Shown piece after piece: positions 20,041-30,045 of a stretch of 64,000 nucleotides of DNA. The stretch spans positions 117,359 to 181,358 of the forward strand of contig JANNBC010000052.1 of assembly GCA_031385045.1 (NCBI GenBank). The letters run 5' to 3'. Each line of letters opens with the position of its first letter. Position 1 is the stretch's first letter. The stretch comes from a bacterium (GTDB taxonomy: Bacteria > Bdellovibrionota_C > UBA2361 > CALJRW01). The notes under the pieces are model-generated. The model searched no databases. It saw only the letters and a program-made list of their open reading frames with translations, and was not told where the DNA came from. Made by a program: the position numbers and the translations under genes.

Positions 20041-21369
20041 TTAGGGAGTAGACAATTTAGGAGCTGGTTGCTCTCTAGTAAAGGCAGTTTTATTTTTATT
20101 TTCATCAGAAATCAAGGACTGATCAAGTTTAAAATCTGTCCCACTAAGTTTCACCCAAAGCTTCGTGGCCTCTTGATTTTTACCAAGACGATTTAAGCAA
20201 AGCCCTTTTAGAAAAACAAATTCTTTCTGTAAGTTTTTAGTTAGGCTGGAAAGTGATTGTTCGCTACTAAAAGTATTTAGCAAGCTTTCGCTCTCTTCAA
20301 CATTGCCTAATGCCAAATTAACTTTAATCAAATCAAGTTGAGCTTGTGCTAATTCCAATCCAGTTAGGTTTTTTAAAGCAGCTTTTGTTGCTAATAAAGC
20401 TTTATCTGGATGTCCTTGATCAATTAGCATCTGAATTGCTTTATTCCAGTGGTCAGGATTTTTACTGATCTTACTAGATTTTAAATATAATTCTGCTGAT
20501 TCTAAAAAGTTTTGATTTCTTTCTTCTAGATCAGCGATTGCTAAGATTGCTGGTAGGTAATCCTTATATTTTTTAAGAAACTTGTTCAGTTCTTTGATTT
20601 GGACACTTCTTCCTTCGTTTGTTTCTGGCATAGAATCAAGGCAAATTTTTTGAAACTCAATTCTTGATTGAAATTCCTGATAATCTGAAACATTGCCAAG
20701 TTCCACAGCACGCTCGTTATACTCCAAGGCATCTGCTAAGCGATTAATTTTTTCTGATAAGTTACGGGCTAACAAAGCCGCTTTTTGATTAGGATGTTTT
20801 GCTAAAATTAAAGCTAAATTATCTAGTGCTGCCGTATAGTTGGAGTTGGCAATGTTTAAATCTGTTGCCCTAAATAAAACTTCGACATTTTCAGGAGCAG
20901 TCATTCTGGCTTGATCAATTCTTTTTAGGGCTTCATTTGGTTTTCCTTGTTGCTCAAGGATTTTAGAAATTTCTACATTACTTAATACCTTAGAAGGATC
21001 TAGGCTTAAAATTTTTTCCCAAATACCTTGAGCTTTCGTCCAATCCTTTGCCGCCATCGCCTCGCGGGCATCCAACATAGTTTTTATAAAGGTGTCTCTT
21101 TTTTTAACATCATATTCTACAAATTTTCTTTGAATTAATCCGCGAAACATCATCCATGATGTAAAAATCCAAGCAACAATAAACCCTAGGGCAAAGAAGC
21201 CAATCACAACTAATCCTAAGTTGAAGTTTTCTAATTTAGTTCCGGATGTGAGACCCGGGATATTTGGTAGCAAAACTAAGTCAACTGCTACAGAGTTAGC
21301 AATTACTAAAAAGGCGACAATAACAATTAGTATTATAATTGAAAGAATGTAGAGAGTTTTTTTTAACAT
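20041..21369 (-). CDS. Membrane-anchored TPR protein (LapA/LapB- or HemY-like architecture)
   Basis: Two N-terminal TM helices followed by helical TPR-like repeats. Confidence 0.6.
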   Translation of the reverse strand: MLKKTLYILSIIILIVIVAFLVIANSVAVDLVLLPNIPGLTSGTKLENFNLGLVVIGFFALGFIVAWIFTSWMMFRGLIQRKFVEYDVKKRDTFIKTMLDAREAMAAKDWTKAQGIWEKILSLDPSKVLSNVEISKILEQQGKPNEALKRIDQARMTAPENVEVLFRATDLNIANSNYTAALDNLALILAKHPNQKAALLARNLSEKINRLADALEYNERAVELGNVSDYQEFQSRIEFQKICLDSMPETNEGRSVQIKELNKFLKKYKDYLPAILAIADLEERNQNFLESAELYLKSSKISKNPDHWNKAIQMLIDQGHPDKALLATKAALKNLTGLELAQAQLDLIKVNLALGNVEESESLLNTFSSEQSLSSLTKNLQKEFVFLKGLCLNRLGKNQEATKLWVKLSGTDFKLDQSLISDENKNKTAFTREQPAPKLSTP

Positions 21370-21741
21370 GGAGAATGTTTAGGTAAATTTCCAAAATGAT
21401 AACAATATTTATAGCCTAGTTTAAGCATTTTGGGTATCTTTTCGGTAAAATACTGCTTGAAAGCACAGTGTCTTTAGCTTGTTAAGATTTGCTTGAGGTG
21501 TATAATCAGTTCGTCAATTAGAGCTTATAAAGCTCCTGAAAACATCACGATAGTCATGCTTTGGTGCTTATCCTAAAATTCACTAACTAGACAGATATAG
21601 TAAAACCTATTGGGTTTTCCTAACAGCTTGGAAAAAATCTAATAGATTTTTTAGTATTTTCGCTTTTAGTATATTTATAGTTTAGCTTTAAAGAAACTGA
21701 GTAATTTTGCCGATACTTAATTATTGATAATTTAAGCTAGA

Positions 21742-23700
21742 ATGAATTATTCTCGAAATATAATTTTACTATTATTTTTACTTTTCGCGAGCCTGTTAAA
21801 TGCTGAGACTCGAGTAAAGGTGAATGCCGAGAACATTGACTCTTTTCAGGTTTTAACTAAATCAAATCCTCCCGTTGTATGTTATTTGGATGATTATACC
21901 CTTGGGACTCTTTCCACTGCTAAATTAAAAATAGGAAGTATTTGGACTTACAGACAAATTACGGATGTTGATCAAGCATTAGCCAAGTATCAACAAAAAC
22001 TAAAGAAAGCCAAAAAAAATCATCGCGCAGAAGCAATTGCTAGGTTAAAAATTAAAGTTAAAACTCAGAAGCGATTGCAAAGATCTTTAAATGATTCAAT
22101 TTCTGAGTGCATTGATCCCAGTCCTGATGGCCAATTCCTTGGTGCTGCCGATAGTTTAACTGCTTATCGGGAAAGTTTAACTGACGCTGAAGTTCAACAT
22201 ATTTTAAGAAAGGTTGCTTTTGGTGGTAATCCACAATTAGTACAAATTGCTAAAGAGCAGGGGCTTAGTGCTTTAGTTGATGCGCTAATAGATGGTGACG
22301 ATCAGGAAACTCAGCTGATGGCTAAAGCAATGGAGTTTGGCAGTCAGGGACTTTACTATGAAGATGAAAATCCTGATTATCCAATTTATACTCCTTACGT
22401 TTTACGCGCAGCCCAAGTATACCGATTCATTTATTCTCCTAAACCATTTAAGGAGTGGATGCTCTTAAATTTGAATGGGCATTTTGCTGTTAATCTAAAT
22501 CGAGTTGGATTTGCCTATAGTAGCTATAGTCATTTAGGGATGAAAGAGCACTGGGACTTATTGATTAATAATTCCATGGGGAATTTTAAAGATCTAACTT
22601 TGGGAATGTTACAGGATAAGGCTATGAATTTCTGGTTAGATAATAAAGATAACCAAGTTGGTGCTCCTAATCAGAACTTTGCCAGAGAACTATTAGAATT
22701 ATTTATTCTAGGTCGTTTAGATCCAGTTACTGGTCTTCCTAACTATCAGGAAGAATCAGTGATCGCATCGACTGGATTTCTAAGTGGATATTTTGAAGAT
22801 GCGGAGTATGATGCTCCCTATGATCAGTATCGACTAAAGATAAGTTTCGAGGACGAGTTACATGATCCTACTGAACGCCAAGTTTTTGCTGGAATTAGTG
22901 GCGCGGATTCCACACAAACTTTTTATCCAGCAGGTTTTATCAATCATGTTTTCAATCAACACCCTGGTGCTCCTAGATTTATTGCCGAGCGCTTTGCTGG
23001 CACAATGTTATATCCTGGTCTTCCCGAAAATGTAGTTGCAGAACTTGCAGACTTATTAAAATCCTCTAATTATGAATTAAAGCCATTTTATAAAAAAATT
23101 CTAAAATCACAGGCATTTTTTTCAACAGCCGCTCAAGCTAGTTGTTTTGCGTCACCAATTGAAGAAATCATTACTCTTGCTAGGAAAATATTTCCTCAAA
23201 ATCTAATATCTTCTGGTGAAACTGGAGAACGAGCTTTTTACACTTTAGTGGATATTGCTGATAACGCTGGTGCGGCAGGTCAGTCACTTTTTGAGCCACC
23301 ATCAGTTTTTGGATGGAAGGGATCGTGTAACATTAATCGTAATGGTAGTAAGGCTTATGGAGAAGGTTGGATTAAAACTCAGCGTTTATTAAGTCGGACA
23401 ACAGCTTGTACCGCTTTGATGGATTCTTTAAATTGGTATGGACTTGATTTATTAGCTGCAACTAATTTGCCTGTTGATTCTACTCCGCAAGAAATTGTTG
23501 ATCAGCTAGCAGCTAAATTTTCTACGCAACCTCTGCTAGCAGCTGAACAAGAATTAATCATTAATTACTTAACAACTTTTCGAGGTGAAGACTATGACTA
23601 TCAAGACGATCCTGATTTATCAGAGGACTGGGTAGTTAAAGCAAAGATTCCTCGAGCCATTTGTTTAATTTATGATTTAGGTTTTAATAATTTTCGTTAA
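21742..23700 (+). CDS. DUF1800-family protein with signal peptide
   Basis: AMNFWLDN, PNQNFARELLELF, PPSVFGW. Confidence 0.85.
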   Translation: MNYSRNIILLLFLLFASLLNAETRVKVNAENIDSFQVLTKSNPPVVCYLDDYTLGTLSTAKLKIGSIWTYRQITDVDQALAKYQQKLKKAKKNHRAEAIARLKIKVKTQKRLQRSLNDSISECIDPSPDGQFLGAADSLTAYRESLTDAEVQHILRKVAFGGNPQLVQIAKEQGLSALVDALIDGDDQETQLMAKAMEFGSQGLYYEDENPDYPIYTPYVLRAAQVYRFIYSPKPFKEWMLLNLNGHFAVNLNRVGFAYSSYSHLGMKEHWDLLINNSMGNFKDLTLGMLQDKAMNFWLDNKDNQVGAPNQNFARELLELFILGRLDPVTGLPNYQEESVIASTGFLSGYFEDAEYDAPYDQYRLKISFEDELHDPTERQVFAGISGADSTQTFYPAGFINHVFNQHPGAPRFIAERFAGTMLYPGLPENVVAELADLLKSSNYELKPFYKKILKSQAFFSTAAQASCFASPIEEIITLARKIFPQNLISSGETGERAFYTLVDIADNAGAAGQSLFEPPSVFGWKGSCNINRNGSKAYGEGWIKTQRLLSRTTACTALMDSLNWYGLDLLAATNLPVDSTPQEIVDQLAAKFSTQPLLAAEQELIINYLTTFRGEDYDYQDDPDLSEDWVVKAKIPRAICLIYDLGFNNFR

Positions 23701-23707
23701 GGGTCAG

Positions 23708-25054
23708 ATGCAACATATAACTAGGCGAAGTTTTTTAACATTATGTGCTCAAGGGGCAGGGATGGTAGCCTTTTCTAGTATGTTAAGTCCTAGGCTGTTG
23801 ATGGCTCAAAGTCCAACGGGGACGAATAAAAACTTTGTGATTATTAATCTTTACGGTGGAATGGATGGCTTGTCGGCGATGCCTTATTTCTCAGGGTCAA
23901 TTGCCGATCTCTTAAACACTCAACTTCGTCCAACCTTAGCGGCTAATCCGGCAAGTGTTATTCCCGCACTGGGACAAGAAGGATCTGCTAATAAAATTGG
24001 TTTTCATCCAGCACTCAAACCATTAACTGATGTAGCACTTAGTAAATTAGCCATTGTTCAGAGTTATGGAATTCCTGGAGATCCAGGGAGAAGTCATGAT
24101 ACTTGTCAGATCTTAATGAGTCTGGGCGCTGCTAAAATTCAAGGTACAGAAATGGTTGGCTTCTTAGCTCGCTTAATGGATTTAGAAAATTGGGAGTCCT
24201 ACCAGTACTGGGCTTTTAATGTGGAAAATAACGCTGATATTAATACCAAAAAAAATCCTCCAATTATTTTAAATGACTTAGCTTCATTATCATTTCCCAG
24301 AGCTGGTTGGGAAAGTGAGCGAGAGACAGCCTTTGCTGCTGAGATTGCCGAATCATTAGTGCAAGTCAGAACTTCACAATCTGGGCTAGGCAAGCTTCAT
24401 GCTGAGACTTCAGACTTAATGCATAAAACAATTGCTTTAGTAAAAAATAATATTGCCAGCCAAATTGTTGGTAATAACGTTGCCGGAAATTACAATCAGA
24501 CTCCGCTTGGGAAAAGCCTGCGGGATGTTGCCAAGATTATTAAAGCAAAAAAATCTGGTAACACGGAAGAGCTAACTGGTAAGGATAATTTGTTTCTACT
24601 TGGGCAAGGTGGGTATGATACGCACAGTGACCAAAACAACCCTGATTCTAATGAGGGAAATATTGCCGGACAACTTGGAGGTTTAGGTTCAAGCTTAGCA
24701 GTTTTTTATAAAGACTTAGAAGCTATGGGTGCCTTGGATGATACTGTAATAGTTGTCTATTCTGAGTTTGGTCGTACTTGCTATGAGAATGGCACATCTG
24801 GAAACTTGTCAGTCGGCACAGATCATGGGCATGCTAGTAATACTTTTATTTTAGGTGGGCCAGTGCGGGCAGGTGTCTATGGTGATTTACCAACTTCTCA
24901 AGAATTATCAAATCAAGATTATAATGCGCTACTTCCGAAAGTTGATTTTAGAGATATTTTTGCTGATGTCTTACAATGGTTAAACGTTACTCCGAGTGAA
25001 GTTTTTACTGATGATGATTATCATCGACAGACGGTTGGTTTTCTTCAGACCTAA
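23708..25054 (+). CDS. DUF1501-family Tat-exported protein
   Basis: TRRSFL, GGMDGL, RSH, GGYDTH, SEFGRT, GTDHG; usual partner of DUF1800. Confidence 0.88.
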   Translation: MQHITRRSFLTLCAQGAGMVAFSSMLSPRLLMAQSPTGTNKNFVIINLYGGMDGLSAMPYFSGSIADLLNTQLRPTLAANPASVIPALGQEGSANKIGFHPALKPLTDVALSKLAIVQSYGIPGDPGRSHDTCQILMSLGAAKIQGTEMVGFLARLMDLENWESYQYWAFNVENNADINTKKNPPIILNDLASLSFPRAGWESERETAFAAEIAESLVQVRTSQSGLGKLHAETSDLMHKTIALVKNNIASQIVGNNVAGNYNQTPLGKSLRDVAKIIKAKKSGNTEELTGKDNLFLLGQGGYDTHSDQNNPDSNEGNIAGQLGGLGSSLAVFYKDLEAMGALDDTVIVVYSEFGRTCYENGTSGNLSVGTDHGHASNTFILGGPVRAGVYGDLPTSQELSNQDYNALLPKVDFRDIFADVLQWLNVTPSEVFTDDDYHRQTVGFLQT

Positions 25055-25058
25055 TTTG

Positions 25059-26165
25059 TTAAAAGCTTTTACAAATTGACGATAGAGTTTTAAAGCAAAG
25101 TTCTTGCACAACTCCGCGATGTCCTTCCACTGGTTTACACGTCACACTTGCAACAACTATTCCTTGGTATTCGGCTACAGTCCATTGCTTTAGCCCATCA
25201 ATGACTGGGAAGTAGGTAGGATGATAAAAGGAGTTAGGCAGCTGACCAATAAGTGTTCCGGTCTTAGCATAGATTTTTTCATGAGCTAAGTCTGGAAAAA
25301 TCGCTTGAGCCCTTTTGTGAGCAGTGCCCGTGCTAACTACGCCCGCCAGCATCTCACGTAAGTCTTTTAAAATGTTGGAAGAGGCGATACTCGTTTCTGG
25401 AAATTCTGATTTTAGCAAAAGAGATTTCTTATCAGCTAAGATTTCTACGTCAGGTAACTTACCATCAGTTGTAATCGCTGCTAGTAGCCGAGCTTGATGT
25501 AGACAATTGGTGTAGCTACTATGAAAGCCACTTGCTAGGCGACCTAACTTTAATAGTTGTTTTGATTCTGAGCCGCCACGGAGTGGGGTATCATCAATTG
25601 TTGGAGGTGGGATTTTCAGATCAGATAATCTTTGATTGTTATATCCGCAACGATTGGCAACTTGTAAGAATTGATTAAGTTTATCTTCGGCACTTCCTGG
25701 AAGTTGCCAAAAGAATTTAGCGATTGCTAAAGCATTAGAATAGGCAAAAGCATTTTTTAGATTTGTTAGGCGTGGTGGTTCTTCCTTAGTTTGTATTGCT
25801 TGATAGTTGGGAGCTATTTGATAGCGAGCGGGGTAGGAAGTCTCCTGATCTAATCTTACTCCAGATTCTAGCAGATAGATTGCGGTAATAATTTTAACTA
25901 GCGAAGCAGCTGGAAAGTTAGTCAGGGCGATGTTGGTATTTTTTAGGTTAGATTTGGAGGCTATCCCTAGCACTGTGCCATTCTTAGCATCTAAAACTAC
26001 CGAAGCTGCGTGTGTTGTCGCAGTCTGATCTACTAATGCGGTAGTTAATTTTTGGATACTAGGATTTTTGCCGGTTAGTATTGCTTGAGAATCAATCTGT
26101 TGACCATGGTTTGGTAAGTAGCCATGGCCAGATTGCCTAAAAAAGAGTGCTTGATCAGAAAACAT
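25059..26165 (-). CDS. Stand-alone penicillin-binding transpeptidase domain protein
   Basis: FPAASLVK (SxxK), YSN, AKTGT. Confidence 0.75.
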   Translation of the reverse strand: MFSDQALFFRQSGHGYLPNHGQQIDSQAILTGKNPSIQKLTTALVDQTATTHAASVVLDAKNGTVLGIASKSNLKNTNIALTNFPAASLVKIITAIYLLESGVRLDQETSYPARYQIAPNYQAIQTKEEPPRLTNLKNAFAYSNALAIAKFFWQLPGSAEDKLNQFLQVANRCGYNNQRLSDLKIPPPTIDDTPLRGGSESKQLLKLGRLASGFHSSYTNCLHQARLLAAITTDGKLPDVEILADKKSLLLKSEFPETSIASSNILKDLREMLAGVVSTGTAHKRAQAIFPDLAHEKIYAKTGTLIGQLPNSFYHPTYFPVIDGLKQWTVAEYQGIVVASVTCKPVEGHRGVVQELCFKTLSSICKSF

Positions 26166-26253
26166 AATTAGAGATCCCCTTAACTTACTCTAATAGATAT
26201 TAATTCTTAAGCAAATAAATATTTATTCTGAAACAATCTTCGTTACAGTGTCT

Positions 26254-27276
26254 TCATGATTTCAATAAGATCTTTTTCTGCTGCACTGTTTGTTGAATTA
26301 TACAAATTAATGCGGGAAGAATGATCAAGGTAAATGGGACTAAAAAAAGGCGCGTTTCCTCAACTCTGGCATAGCAAAAGTGGATGATTAACCAGATCGG
26401 AATGATTAGCCAGAAGCAATTTTTTAGAATTTTTGGCCATCTTTTAAAAAATACCAAAGCAATCAAGGGCGCTAGGTTGTATGTCCAAAAAATTTCACGA
26501 TAACTTGTGAGGCTAGAAATATTTTCGATTAGAGAACCAGTAATTTGAGGCTCTTGATAGCCGAAATAGCATCTTATTGCATAAAAGGGAATGGTAAAGG
26601 CTATGATATTAAGAGTCGAATAGTAAGCTAACTTTTTATTCTCGGCATTAAATTTCCAGTCCTTCGTTAGTAGGATCGGAAATAGGCAAATCAAAAAGCC
26701 AGTCTCTCGATTCGTTGCTGCTAAGAAACATAATGGTATTAGTAATAGCAACCTTTGTTGGAGTAGGGCAATCAGGGCAAGTTGATAAAAGATAATGTCA
26801 AAGTAATTATCAAAAGATAATCCACTATTATAGTGGGCAACAGAGAATGTATAACCAAGAGTCAGAATCGAAAGGATTTTTAAAAAGTAATGATCAATTT
26901 CTAAAAGCTTAAGTAGGTAAAGAGATAGTAAGAATATAATTATATTTTGTAGAAAACGTAATAATAAATAGGGGTAGAGGGTTACATAGCTAACTCTTAA
27001 CTCGTTCATATTTTGTAGGCTGCTACTAGGGGTCTCATGTTGCCGAAAGGAGTCATTTTGCCTAAAGGCTTTGATTATTCCTTCTAAAACAATTGCCGAC
27101 ATAATCCGATATTGCCAGGGGTTAAAATTTTCAGCTTGCGCATTTAGTAATTGATGATGTCGCAGTACTTGATATTGGAGTGGAAGGGATTCGGGATCTT
27201 TTATTTGAAATTTTAAAGAGAGTGCCGAAGTAAGGATACATAGCAATAGCAGGAAGAACAGGCCAAGTTTTGACAT
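26254..27276 (-). CDS. Polytopic membrane protein (possible GT-C fold)
   Basis: PWQYRI, NRET, ETRLF; many TM segments. Confidence 0.55.
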   Translation of the reverse strand: MSKLGLFFLLLLCILTSALSLKFQIKDPESLPLQYQVLRHHQLLNAQAENFNPWQYRIMSAIVLEGIIKAFRQNDSFRQHETPSSSLQNMNELRVSYVTLYPYLLLRFLQNIIIFLLSLYLLKLLEIDHYFLKILSILTLGYTFSVAHYNSGLSFDNYFDIIFYQLALIALLQQRLLLLIPLCFLAATNRETGFLICLFPILLTKDWKFNAENKKLAYYSTLNIIAFTIPFYAIRCYFGYQEPQITGSLIENISSLTSYREIFWTYNLAPLIALVFFKRWPKILKNCFWLIIPIWLIIHFCYARVEETRLFLVPFTLIILPALICIIQQTVQQKKILLKS

Positions 27277-27399
27277 GGCTTAAAGGTAGCATTTGTCCTT
27301 AAAGATCAAAAGATCTTGTTAGCCTTCAGAGTTTTATTTTTTAACCCTCAAGAGTCCGCTATATTTTGAGTGAATATATTTTAAGAGAGGAAAGGGGAC

Positions 27400-27430
27400 A
27401 CTGATGGAGACATTCTTTGTCTCCATCAGT
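27400..27430 (-). terminator. 13-bp hairpin downstream of hppA
   Basis: actgatggagaca-ttctt-tgtctccatcagt. Confidence 0.5.
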
Positions 27431-27438
27431 TATTGTAA

Positions 27439-29667
27439 TTACTTTTCCATTAAGTCACGCTCAACAACTTGCGCTGTCGGAGCTTTATGATGGCCTTCTC
27501 CATCACCATAAATTTGACCCAAGATTGGAGCGATTGCTAAACCTACTAAGCAAGTAAGTTTGATTAAGATGTTCATTGATGGTCCAGAAGTATCCTTAAA
27601 TGGATCGCCAACAGTGTCACCAGTTACTGCTGCTTTGTGAGCATCAGAACCTTTGTATTCCATCTTGCCGTTAATCATAATCCCTTTTTCAAAAGATTTT
27701 TTAGCATTATCCCAAGCACCACCAGCATTAGACTGGAAGATTGCCCAAAGGACACCACTTACAGTAACACCAGCCATATAACCACCTAGAGCTTCAGGTC
27801 CCATAATGAAACCAACAAGAATTGGAGTAACTATTGTAATTGCACCAGGCATCATCATTTCGCGAATAGCAGCTTTAGTCGAAATTGCTACGCACTTGTT
27901 ATACTCAGGTTTTCCAGTCCCTTCTAAGATTCCTGGAATTTCGCGGAATTGGCGACGAACTTCTTCCACCATATCCATCGCAGCACGTCCAACGGCACTC
28001 ATTGCTAAGGCTGAGAAAACAACTGGAATCATACCACCAAGAAATAATGCTGCTAAAACTTTAGCATCAAAAATATTGATTCCATGAATTCCTGTGAACG
28101 TAACGTAGGCAGCAAATAATGCTAAGGCTGTTAGAGCAGCAGAAGCAATCGCAAAACCTTTACCAATAGCAGCAGTTGTATTTCCAACTGAGTCTAAGAT
28201 ATCAGTTCGCTCACGAACTTCTTTGGGAAGCTCACTCATCTCTGCAATACCACCAGCATTATCAGCGATTGGTCCAAAAGCATCGATTGCTAACTGCATT
28301 GCTGTTGTTGCCATCATGGCCGAAGCCGCAATACCAACACCATAGAATCCAGCCATGGCATATGCTCCCCAGATTGCTCCAGCGAAAAGTACGATTGGCA
28401 TCCACGTGGACATCATTCCAGTAGCAAGACCAGCAATAATATTTGTTGCTGCTCCAGTAGCTGATTGTCTAACGATTGCTAATACTGGCTTAGTTCCCAG
28501 AGCTGTATAGTATTCAGTAATTGCCGAGATTGCTCCACCAACACCTAATCCAATTAAGACAGCATAGAAAACTCTAGTGGAAGTTGTCGCCATATTTACA
28601 AACTCGTTTCCAGAGAAAACAGTCATATTAATATTGGCCGGTAACATCCATTTAATTAAGAAGTAAGAAGCTACAGCAGTTAAGATTAAAGCAATCCAGT
28701 TGCCACGGTTTAAGGCTCCTTGAACTGTTTTCCCATCAGCGTTCTCATCGTTAACGCTAACAAAGTTCATCCCAATAATTGATAAAACAATTCCGATACC
28801 TGCAATAACTACTGGTAAAAGAATAGGCCCCATTCCACCAAAAGTATCAGTGTAATTAGGATTAGTAATTAATAGATCTCTAATTACATAGTTACCAAGA
28901 ACCATTGAAGCTAAAACTGTCGCAACATAAGAACCAAATAAATCAGCTCCCATTCCTGCTACATCTCCTACGTTGTCCCCAACATTATCAGCGATAGTCG
29001 CTGGGTTACGCGGGTCATCTTCTGGAATACCAGCTTCTACTTTACCAACAAGATCAGCTCCAACGTCGGCTGCCTTAGTGTAAATACCACCACCAACACG
29101 AGCAAAGAGAGCAATTGATTCTGCGCCCAGTGAGAAACCAGCAAGAGTTTCAAGGATGATAGTCATGTTTTCAACACCTGACCAAACGCCATCTGCTAAC
29201 CAATAAAAAAGAATGGCAAACAGTGAGCTAAGTCCAAAAACTGCTAAGCCAGCAACTCCTAGACCCATTACACTTCCACCACGGAAAGAAACTTTTAGTG
29301 CTAGTGATAAGCTAGTTCGAGCTGCTTGAGTGGTGCGAACGTTTGCTTTAGTAGCAATACGCATTCCGATATTTCCAGCGACAGCGGAGAACACAGCACC
29401 AATCACAAATGATACAACGATAAACCAGTGAGTTGATTCAACTAATGTTGAAAGATAACCCAAAGTTGCACCAGCGATAACGACAAAGACCGCTAACACG
29501 CGATACTCTGCAGCTAAGAATGCCATAGCACCTTCAGCAATTGCGCTAGCAATGCCTTTCATTTTGTCGTCACCAGCATCTTGCTTAACGACCCAAGAGG
29601 ATAAAAATGCCATGTAAACAAGGCCTAGAATCCCAAATAGAGGAAGAATATAAATTAATTGAGACAT
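27439..29667 (-). CDS. hppA: Membrane-bound cation-pumping pyrophosphatase, K+-dependent type
   Basis: [49 protein letters not shown]. Confidence 0.96.
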   Translation of the reverse strand: MSQLIYILPLFGILGLVYMAFLSSWVVKQDAGDDKMKGIASAIAEGAMAFLAAEYRVLAVFVVIAGATLGYLSTLVESTHWFIVVSFVIGAVFSAVAGNIGMRIATKANVRTTQAARTSLSLALKVSFRGGSVMGLGVAGLAVFGLSSLFAILFYWLADGVWSGVENMTIILETLAGFSLGAESIALFARVGGGIYTKAADVGADLVGKVEAGIPEDDPRNPATIADNVGDNVGDVAGMGADLFGSYVATVLASMVLGNYVIRDLLITNPNYTDTFGGMGPILLPVVIAGIGIVLSIIGMNFVSVNDENADGKTVQGALNRGNWIALILTAVASYFLIKWMLPANINMTVFSGNEFVNMATTSTRVFYAVLIGLGVGGAISAITEYYTALGTKPVLAIVRQSATGAATNIIAGLATGMMSTWMPIVLFAGAIWGAYAMAGFYGVGIAASAMMATTAMQLAIDAFGPIADNAGGIAEMSELPKEVRERTDILDSVGNTTAAIGKGFAIASAALTALALFAAYVTFTGIHGINIFDAKVLAALFLGGMIPVVFSALAMSAVGRAAMDMVEEVRRQFREIPGILEGTGKPEYNKCVAISTKAAIREMMMPGAITIVTPILVGFIMGPEALGGYMAGVTVSGVLWAIFQSNAGGAWDNAKKSFEKGIMINGKMEYKGSDAHKAAVTGDTVGDPFKDTSGPSMNILIKLTCLVGLAIAPILGQIYGDGEGHHKAPTAQVVERDLMEK

Positions 29668-30045
29668 GATTTATTCTATAAAATATTTATAACTAAAGAC
29701 CTGTTCTTAGGTCCTACGAATATCTAGAAAGGCAGTAAGCCTAGAAAAACTGCTGAATTTATTAGACATTTTTTCTAGGGTTGCTGAACTAACTACTCCG
29801 TAGAGCGGAAAGCCAAGTCTTAATTGACGAGCTTTTTTAGCATCTACAGCCAAACCTGACAACCTTTTGGCTTGATTTAAATATATCTAAATTATGATGT
29901 TTTTTATTGTAATTCTAAATAGTTGGGGGTGTTTTTAACTCTATTGATTCCACTCAGAACATTCCATATACATATTTACTCAGTTTAATAGCATCCAGAA
30001 GGTATAAATTTAATTCTTAGCTTATCCAAAAACTCCATTTAGAAT

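Noticed and set aside
29668..30045. Riboswitch in the hppA leader
   Set aside because: There are a few short hairpins but no recognisable aptamer consensus; an Rfam scan would be needed.
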